NCBI GenBank assembly: GCA_030630935.1
Contig: DAOVMD010000001.1
Coordinates: 1-42,898 of the forward strand
Reading direction: 5' to 3'
DNA length: 42,898 nt
DNA from: Candidatus Mcinerneyibacteriota bacterium
GTDB taxonomy: Bacteria; AUK180; JAQVHJ01
The first letter of the stretch is position 1. Every line of letters starts with the position of its first letter. Under the pieces are notes generated by a model. That model was not told where the DNA came from. It made no database searches and was given only the letters and a program-made list of their open reading frames with translations. This document shows, one piece after another, positions 34,893 to 42,898 of the stretch. A program made the translations under genes and the position numbers.

Positions 34893-35732
34893 TTACCTCG
34901 TTTTCTTTTTCTTCTCTTCCTTAATTATATCTTGAACCTTTTTAATCTTTTCTTTGATAATATCTTCCTTGTAGCTTTTCTCTAATAAAGTATTATAATT
35001 TTCAAGGGCTTCCTTATAAAACTTCAGCTCTTCTAAAGTTTGAGCATGCCAGTATAGAACCTTAAGATAATACTTCGATTCAGGGTATTTTCTTAAAAAA
35101 CCTTCAAAGATATCTTTAGCTGATTTAAAATCAGATTTCTGATAAAAGATTAAACCTTTCTTGAATAAGATATATTCCTTATCCTTATACTCCGGAAACT
35201 CTTTCTGTAATATTCCCAATTCATAAATTGCTTTTTCATATTTCTTAAGAAAAACATAACAGTCTATTATCCTCAAATGTATCTTTGGAAATTCGTTCTT
35301 CATTGATTTATATTTAAATAATCTTTCGTATTCAATAATTGCCAGGTATTTCTGATCAAACTTCTTATTATATATCTCCGAAATTTCAAACTGAGCTTGA
35401 AAAGAATATTCAGAGTCCGGGTAATATGAAACTGCTTTTTGATAGGCAATAACTGCTTCATGATATCTGTTCAGATTATAATTATAAATATTACCTATTT
35501 CAAATTGTGCAAAAGGCGCATGCTTGGATTTGGAGTTTTTATCGAGAAGTTTTAAGTAAGTAATAATTGCAGTTTCGTAGTTTTTTTCTTTATAATAATT
35601 ATGTGCTTCCCTGAGAAGTTTTTCTTCTGCTCTCTCACAACCTAAGATGAAAAAGCATAAAAAAATTGTTAGAAATAAATTTAAAAATTTTTTACTTTTC
35701 AGTATTCTCTTCTTTGTTAGTATCTTCTCCAT
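34893..35732 (-). CDS. TPR-repeat lipoprotein, BamD/YfiO- or CpoB-like
   Basis: 279 aa. Signal peptide with lipobox FILGC. Repeated TPR units carry the YP(D/E)S.Y pattern (AVSYYPDSEYSFQAQFEISEIY, FLRKYPESKYYLKVLY). The annotated start overlaps the gyrA 3' end by 41 nt, so the true start is uncertain. Confidence 0.6.
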   Translation of the reverse strand: MEKILTKKRILKSKKFLNLFLTIFLCFFILGCERAEEKLLREAHNYYKEKNYETAIITYLKLLDKNSKSKHAPFAQFEIGNIYNYNLNRYHEAVIAYQKAVSYYPDSEYSFQAQFEISEIYNKKFDQKYLAIIEYERLFKYKSMKNEFPKIHLRIIDCYVFLKKYEKAIYELGILQKEFPEYKDKEYILFKKGLIFYQKSDFKSAKDIFEGFLRKYPESKYYLKVLYWHAQTLEELKFYKEALENYNTLLEKSYKEDIIKEKIKKVQDIIKEEKKKKTR

Positions 35733-38229
35733 TTATATCAGCTTCTCCATTCTCTTCTTTACTATCGTCTTCTCCACTTGCAGCTGCTTCACCAATCTCT
35801 TCTTCTTTCTTTGAAACAACTCTCGCAACAGAAACAACGTTATCACTATCTCTTAAGTTCATTAACCTCACTCCCATTGTATTCCTGCCGATCGTTCTTA
35901 TGTTCATAACAGAAACCCTGATTACTGTCCCGGTTTTTGTAATAATTACAACTTCGTCATCATCAAGAACTTTCTTTACTCCTACTACTTTTCCGTTTCT
36001 TCCTTCAGTTTTAATGTTTATTACTCCCTGACCACCGCGGTTTTGAATCCTGTACTCGGCTAATTTTGTTCTCTTGCCATAACCATTCTCTGTAACTGTT
36101 AGAAGAGTTGATTTATCATCGACTATCTCCATTCCAACTACCATGTCTTTATCTGAAAGTCTAATCCCGCGTACTCCCCTGGTTACTCTACCCATCTCAC
36201 GGGCATCGCTTTCTTTGAACCGGATTGCTTTACCGGCAGTTGTGGCGATCAGAATGTAGTCATCCGGTTCGGTAATTAATGCTGATACCAAATTGTCATT
36301 GTCGTCAAGCTTAATTGCATTTATCCCGCCTACTCGAGGATGTGAATATGATATTAAGTTTGTCTTTTTTACCGTACCTTTTTCTGTTACCATCATTATT
36401 GAATGACTCTCATCAAATTCTTTAACAGGTAGGAAGGCTCTTATTTTTTCTTCACTTGAAACGTTTAATAAATTGACCACTGCCCGACCCCTTGACCGTC
36501 GACCGGCCGGGGGAATATCATAGACCTTTAACCAATAACATCTTCCCTTATTAGTGAAGAAGAGTAGATAATTATGCGTAGAAGCAATAAAGAGGTGTTC
36601 AACAAAATCCTCTTCTTTTACATCCATTCCATACACTCCTATCCCTCCTCGACCTTGACGTTTATATGCGTGAACTGGCTGACGTTTAATATATCCTTCA
36701 TGGGAAATTGTAATAATCATGTCCTCATCAGCAATTAAGTCCTCAATATTAATATCATCTTCCGCAGGAATAATTTCGGTTAATCTCTCGTCACCATATT
36801 TCTCTTTAATCTCTAAAAGCTCATCCTTAACAATCATAAAGACTTTTCTTTCACTTCCTAAAATATTCTTTAATTTTGTGATATCTTTTATTTTCTCAAT
36901 GTACTCATCATCAATCTCTTTTCTTTCAAGTCCGGTTAATCTGTGAAGCCGCATATCAAGAATTGCTGTCGCTTGAAGTTCTGACAACTTGAAGTTGGTA
37001 ATAAGCCCGGCTTTGGCTTCATGTTTATCTTTTGCGCCGCGAATCAACTTTATAATCCTATCAATATTATCAAGTGCAATTTTTAAGCCTTCTAAAATGT
37101 GGGCTCGGGCTTCTGCTTTATTTAATAAAAATTGAGTTCTTCTTGTAATAACTATTTTACGGTGTTTAATATATTCACTGAGAATCTGTTCTAAAGTTAA
37201 TAATTTGGGCTGGTTATTCACAATTGCAATTAAAATAATTCCAAAAGTAACCTGAAGTTGTGTATGTTTAAATAATTGATTTAAAATAATCTTTGGTATT
37301 GAACCTTTCTTTAATTCAATAACAATTCGCATCCCATCACGATCTGATTCATCTCTTAAATCTGTAATGTCAACCACTCGTTTTGATATGACTAAAGCAG
37401 CAATTTGTTCTAAAACTCTGGATTTATTAACCTGGTAAGGGATTTCTGTAATAACAATCTTATCCTTACCCTTATCTTTTCTTTCTATAACTGCTCTTGC
37501 ACGTAATTGTAATTTTCCTTTACCCGTTGTATATGCTTGTCTAATCCCTGCAGTTCCAAGTATTAAACCTGCAGTTGGAAAATCTGGACCACTAATATAC
37601 TGCATTAGATCCAATGACGTTAATTTGGGATTTTCTATCTTTGCAATTGTAGCATCAATAAGTTCCCTCAAATTATGCGGTGGAATATTAGTTGCCATTC
37701 CGACTGCGATTCCACTTGAACCATTTAAAAGAAGGTTTGGTATTCCGGCCGGAAGAACAATTGGCTCAGATGTTGTCTCATCAAAGTTTGTACTGAAATC
37801 TATCGTATCCTTGTCTATATCTTTCATCAGCTCAACTGCAATCTTAGACATTTTTACTTCTGTATAACGATATGCTGCGGCAGAATCTCCATCAACTGAT
37901 CCAAAGTTTCCCTGGCCAATTGCAAGAGGGTACCGTAATGAAAAGGTCTGTACTAACCTGACAAGAGTATCATAAACTGCACCGTCACCATGAGGGTGGT
38001 ACTTTTTAATAACTTCTCCAACAACTCCTGCTGATTTTGAGAATCTTTTATTTGGTAAAAGCCCTTCCCTGAACATAGCTATTAGAATTCGACGGTGAAC
38101 CGGCTTCAACCCATCACGGACATCAGGAAGAGCACGCCCTATAATAACACTCATTGCATAATCAATATAGGACTTTTCCATCTCCTCTTCTATATTAACA
38201 TTAACAATCTTCTCACCTTTTGTATACAT
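35692..38229 (-). CDS. gyrA: DNA gyrase subunit A
   Basis: 845 aa. RDGLKPVHRRILI, QRDR-type HPHGDGAVYDTLVR, catalytic-Tyr region AAAYRYTEVKM, C-terminal beta-pinwheel repeats and an acidic tail (GEDDSKEENGEADINGEDTNKEENTEK). GGAGGA Shine-Dalgarno sequence upstream. Confidence 0.97.
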   Translation of the reverse strand: MYTKGEKIVNVNIEEEMEKSYIDYAMSVIIGRALPDVRDGLKPVHRRILIAMFREGLLPNKRFSKSAGVVGEVIKKYHPHGDGAVYDTLVRLVQTFSLRYPLAIGQGNFGSVDGDSAAAYRYTEVKMSKIAVELMKDIDKDTIDFSTNFDETTSEPIVLPAGIPNLLLNGSSGIAVGMATNIPPHNLRELIDATIAKIENPKLTSLDLMQYISGPDFPTAGLILGTAGIRQAYTTGKGKLQLRARAVIERKDKGKDKIVITEIPYQVNKSRVLEQIAALVISKRVVDITDLRDESDRDGMRIVIELKKGSIPKIILNQLFKHTQLQVTFGIILIAIVNNQPKLLTLEQILSEYIKHRKIVITRRTQFLLNKAEARAHILEGLKIALDNIDRIIKLIRGAKDKHEAKAGLITNFKLSELQATAILDMRLHRLTGLERKEIDDEYIEKIKDITKLKNILGSERKVFMIVKDELLEIKEKYGDERLTEIIPAEDDINIEDLIADEDMIITISHEGYIKRQPVHAYKRQGRGGIGVYGMDVKEEDFVEHLFIASTHNYLLFFTNKGRCYWLKVYDIPPAGRRSRGRAVVNLLNVSSEEKIRAFLPVKEFDESHSIMMVTEKGTVKKTNLISYSHPRVGGINAIKLDDNDNLVSALITEPDDYILIATTAGKAIRFKESDAREMGRVTRGVRGIRLSDKDMVVGMEIVDDKSTLLTVTENGYGKRTKLAEYRIQNRGGQGVINIKTEGRNGKVVGVKKVLDDDEVVIITKTGTVIRVSVMNIRTIGRNTMGVRLMNLRDSDNVVSVARVVSKKEEEIGEAAASGEDDSKEENGEADINGEDTNKEENTEK

Positions 38230-38255
38230 TTTTATTAATCCTCCGGATTAGCTAT

Positions 38256-40679
<2,424 letters not shown>

Positions 40680-41156
40680 CTATTCTTTCTTTTTCCGCTG
40701 AATATAATAAAATTTTAACATCTTTCTCGCTGTTCCTTGAAATTTTAAATCATATTTCTGAATCGTTTCTTCTATTAAACGCTCTTCCGTTTTCGTTAAC
40801 TTAATCACTTTCGTCTTCTCAGGAAGAATTGATTCGTATGTAAAACTCTTTATATTACCCTGTTTGAACTCAATATCAGTTATTATATCTTCACCAAAAT
40901 TCTTGTTTATCTGTTCAATTAAACCCAAGCGGTTGAATCTGAGCTCTGTCACCCATTGAAATGTAGACCCTAATACCAATAACTTACCTGAATCAAAATA
41001 TATTGGCTTGGTCTTATCCGCAATTCTGGCGGGAACTAATTTATTCCAATTTGTAAATATTTGAAATGATATAAAATATTCTTTTCCTAAATATCTTGAT
41101 AATGCTAAATTTATTCCGGAAGTGAAACTTTTTATCTTTGAATCGAAACTTCTCAT
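40680..41156 (-). CDS. dciA: DUF721-domain protein (DciA-like replicative helicase operator candidate)
   Basis: 158 aa. IFTNWNKLVPARIADKTKPIYFDSGKLLVLGSTFQWVTELRFNRLGLIEQINKNFGEDIITDIEFKQG follows the DUF721 pattern (W..ivg..la..t.p..l..g.L.v.v.s..w..eL......i...in). It has a 4-nt ATGA overlap with dnaN and lies between dnaN and gyrB. Confidence 0.65.
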   Translation of the reverse strand: MRSFDSKIKSFTSGINLALSRYLGKEYFISFQIFTNWNKLVPARIADKTKPIYFDSGKLLVLGSTFQWVTELRFNRLGLIEQINKNFGEDIITDIEFKQGNIKSFTYESILPEKTKVIKLTKTEERLIEETIQKYDLKFQGTARKMLKFYYIQRKKKE

Positions 41157-42265
41157 AAACGCATAGGCATCAAAACAAATTTATACTTACCTTCATCAGG
41201 GTTCGGCATGAATACAATTGGTGAAGTTGAATTTATAACCTTTAAAAGAACTGTTTCTGTCTCTATATTTTTTAAAATATCTGTAATATATCTGGAATTA
41301 AATAACAGGTTCAGCTCATCACCTTTATATTCCAAACTTAAAACTTCTTTACCTTCTCCAACCTCAGGGGTAATTGTGTTTACTATTAATTCATCATCCT
41401 GAAATTCGTACTTGATAGAATTACGCTTCGAATCGGCCATTAATGCTACTCGCTGTGTGGCATCAAATAAAGAAGATGTATTAATAATAATATCTAAATC
41501 AAAGGATTCCGGTATGACACTCTTATAGTTCGGATATTCTCCAGTGATTAAGCGGGATATTAATGTGCTGTTCTCTAATGTAAATAAAATTTGATTATCT
41601 TTAGTAGTAAGATTTATCTGAACAACCTTATCTTCACTGTCTTCAAGTAGATCTTTTAAATTACTGAATGTCTTATAAGGTACTATCATACTCTTTTCTA
41701 AATCTATTTTTAACTTCTCGTTGCTTTGTGCAAATGATAGACGGTGACCATCTGTTGATACAAAAGTTAAATAACCACCTTCTGAACAAAGATAAATACC
41801 CATTAAAGTAAACCTGGTCTCATCTGTAGAAACAGAGAAAATCGTCTTCGCAATCATCTTCTTCATCTCACCCTGTGGAATCTCAATGTTCTTCTCAATA
41901 TCATAATTGGGGGTTTGAGGAAATTCATCCTTTAACTGACCATTTAATTTATAAGTGAGGTTACCACCTTTAATTTGAACATTCTTCGTGTCAACCTGTG
42001 TAAACTCAATCTCGTCAACAGGAATATTCTTCGAGATATCATAAAGCTTTTTAGCAGGTAAAGCAATTGAACCCTCTTCAATTATGTCTGCAGGAATCTC
42101 TTTTATTAGTGTTATCTCAAGATCTGTAGTCGTAATCTTTAGCTTGTTGTCGTAAGCTTCAAGTAAAGCGTTAAACAAAATACTAATTGTGCTTTTCTGT
42201 AAAATTACTCCACTCAACTGATGCATGGCTTTGGAAAAGATTTCCTTGTCAACAGTAAACTTCAT
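41153..42265 (-). CDS. dnaN: DNA polymerase III beta sliding clamp
   Basis: 370 aa. Typical length, STDGHRLSF motif, C-terminal FVLMPMRL ending, and position next to the DnaA-box cluster. AGGATAGGAG Shine-Dalgarno sequence upstream. Confidence 0.93.
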   Translation of the reverse strand: MKFTVDKEIFSKAMHQLSGVILQKSTISILFNALLEAYDNKLKITTTDLEITLIKEIPADIIEEGSIALPAKKLYDISKNIPVDEIEFTQVDTKNVQIKGGNLTYKLNGQLKDEFPQTPNYDIEKNIEIPQGEMKKMIAKTIFSVSTDETRFTLMGIYLCSEGGYLTFVSTDGHRLSFAQSNEKLKIDLEKSMIVPYKTFSNLKDLLEDSEDKVVQINLTTKDNQILFTLENSTLISRLITGEYPNYKSVIPESFDLDIIINTSSLFDATQRVALMADSKRNSIKYEFQDDELIVNTITPEVGEGKEVLSLEYKGDELNLLFNSRYITDILKNIETETVLLKVINSTSPIVFMPNPDEGKYKFVLMPMRL

Positions 42266-42319
42266 AAATGCTCCTATCCTTTATTTATTATATTAGTTAA
42301 TAATATTAATAAGTTATAT

Positions 42320-42348
42320 ATTATAACATAAAAATGCAAAAAATTCAA
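42320..42348 (-). promoter_or_regulatory. Sigma70-type promoter candidate for dnaN (extended -10)
   Basis: Minus strand reads TTGAAT (42348-42343), 17-nt spacer ending in TGT, TATAAT (42325-42320). It lies about 55 nt upstream of the dnaN ATG. The very AT-rich context lowers specificity. Confidence 0.35.
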
Positions 42349-42440
42349 TAAAAAAATTATTTTTTTATAATTTATTTTTCCTTTTTTTTCTTTATATTCT
42401 TTTAATGTTTTTAAATTTATTAATAATAATAATATACTGC

Positions 42441-42449
42441 TGTGGATAA
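42441..42449 (-). promoter_or_regulatory. DnaA box (perfect TTATCCACA on the minus strand)
   Basis: TGTGGATAA read on the plus strand. It is preceded by TAT(TAA)4TAT at 42418-42435. Confidence 0.75.
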
Positions 42450-42492
42450 TAGGGATATGTATATAAATTGCCCAATAATCCGATAATTATAC

Positions 42493-42501
42493 TGTGGATA
42501 A
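42493..42501 (-). promoter_or_regulatory. DnaA box (perfect)
   Basis: TGTGGATAA on the plus strand. First of a closely spaced pair, 12 nt centre to centre with the next box. Confidence 0.75.
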
Positions 42502-42504
42502 TAC

Positions 42505-42513
42505 TGTGGATAA
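42505..42513 (-). promoter_or_regulatory. DnaA box (perfect)
   Basis: TGTGGATAA on the plus strand. Second of the tandem pair. Confidence 0.75.
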
Positions 42514-42607
42514 AAAAATAATAACTTAGAGGTTATTAAACTTTTTTTCGTTGTTCACATTATTGAAAATATACTAACATCTTTTCAATAACTTATCAAC
42601 AAGGGGT

Positions 42608-42616
42608 TGTGGATAA
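42608..42616 (-). promoter_or_regulatory. DnaA box (perfect)
   Basis: TGTGGATAA on the plus strand, flanked by the 8/9 inverted box TTATCAACA (42593-42601). Confidence 0.75.
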
Positions 42617-42747
42617 ATTCTTGTCCATATTCGTTATTTTTTACATGCTTTTCTTATTTTTACATGAATAGAGATTGTGAAATTTTTAGAAAACCGAGGG
42701 CAGAGAATAGAGTTATATGAGCTTTCGAAATTTTTAATTTCAATATT

Positions 42748-42859
42748 TGTCCTGTAAGGACAATTGATAATAGCCCAGCAACTCATTGCTGGGTAGAGAT
42801 CTCCCAAAACACACACTGTGCCGTAGGGACAGCTGTAGACGCAACTCCATTGCATCTGC
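42748..42859. other. Cluster of four consecutive stem-loops in a GC-elevated segment next to oriC. Candidate structured RNA, REP-like element or protein-binding palindromes.
   Basis: TGTCC-TGTAA-GGACA (42748-42762). CCCAGCAA-CTCA-TTGCTGGG (42774-42793). CTGTGCC-GTA-GGGACAG with one mismatch (42816-42832). GTAGACGCAA-CTCCA-TTGCATCTGC with one mismatch and one G-U pair (42835-42859). GAGATCTC palindrome at 42796-42803. The first and third elements are 12/15-identical copies of TGTSCYGTARGGACA. Confidence 0.4.
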
Positions 42860-42898
42860 AGAAAACAGATATTAGAGAGCAGAAAGCAGAATTATGAG

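Larger units (their letters stand above)
42266..42630. other. Chromosomal replication origin (oriC) candidate: AT-rich unwinding region plus a DnaA-box cluster
   Basis: 42270-42430 is almost pure A/T with no ORF. Four perfect TGTGGATAA boxes and several 7/9-8/9 variants follow: TTGTTCACA at 42551-42559, TTATCAACA at 42593-42601, TTGTCCATA near 42620-42628. The region lies immediately upstream of dnaN. Confidence 0.8.

Noticed and set aside
35666-36031. 121-aa plus-strand ORF rich in Ser, Leu, Phe and Thr
   Set aside because: It lies antisense to the gyrA 3' end and the TPR gene start. It is low-complexity translation of the complement of GAA/GAG-rich coding sequence.
42634-42855. 73-aa Cys-rich ORF on the minus strand (MQWSCVYSCPYGTVCV...)
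   Set aside because: Not called as a CDS. Its Cys/Pro/Tyr/Gly content and the CPYGT/CPYRT repeats follow directly from translating the palindromic hairpins at 42748-42859. I saw no Shine-Dalgarno sequence and recognised no family. It is kept only as an alternative explanation in the hairpin-cluster finding.

Overview
The window is visibly AT-rich bacterial chromosomal DNA, apparently from a diderm organism. All calls rest on reading the sequence and remembered family motifs. No database search or computation was run.

Right end (about 32.5-42.6 kb): replication-origin neighbourhood. An AT-rich oriC carries four perfect same-orientation DnaA boxes (TGTGGATAA) but has no dnaA gene beside it. 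On the minus strand follow dnaN, a DUF721/DciA-like gene, gyrB, gyrA, a BamD-like TPR lipoprotein and mutS2.

The rest (about 1-32.5 kb): a large surface-glycan synthesis and decoration locus. I saw no transposase, integrase, tRNA, rRNA or CRISPR array. Its contents are:
- a Wzm/Wzt ABC exporter, where Wzt has a long atypical C-terminal domain and a coupled coiled-coil protein
- two GT2 enzymes, one GT4 enzyme and two tandem paralogous GT-B-like enzymes
- a DPM1/ArnC-like polyprenol-phosphate sugar synthase plus an inactivated paralog
- one clear ArnT/PMT-like GT-C enzyme and two further huge polytopic membrane proteins
- a 1016-aa Wzy_C (O-antigen ligase-like)-TPR fusion
- three intact and one decayed membrane-anchored SGNH hydrolase, each next to a polytopic membrane protein
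- a PP-loop N-acetyl-sugar amidotransferase and an FAD oxidoreductase
- a radical SAM/SPASM enzyme
- a tightly coupled operon encoding a zinc-ribbon-fused Orn/DAP-type PLP decarboxylase and two SAM methyltransferases

The most unusual items are that decarboxylase-methyltransferase operon, the recurring SGNH plus polytopic-protein module, the radical SAM trio, and two ORF-free GC-elevated hairpin-rich islands at the two window ends. A gene-decay zone lies at 1.65-2.96 kb.
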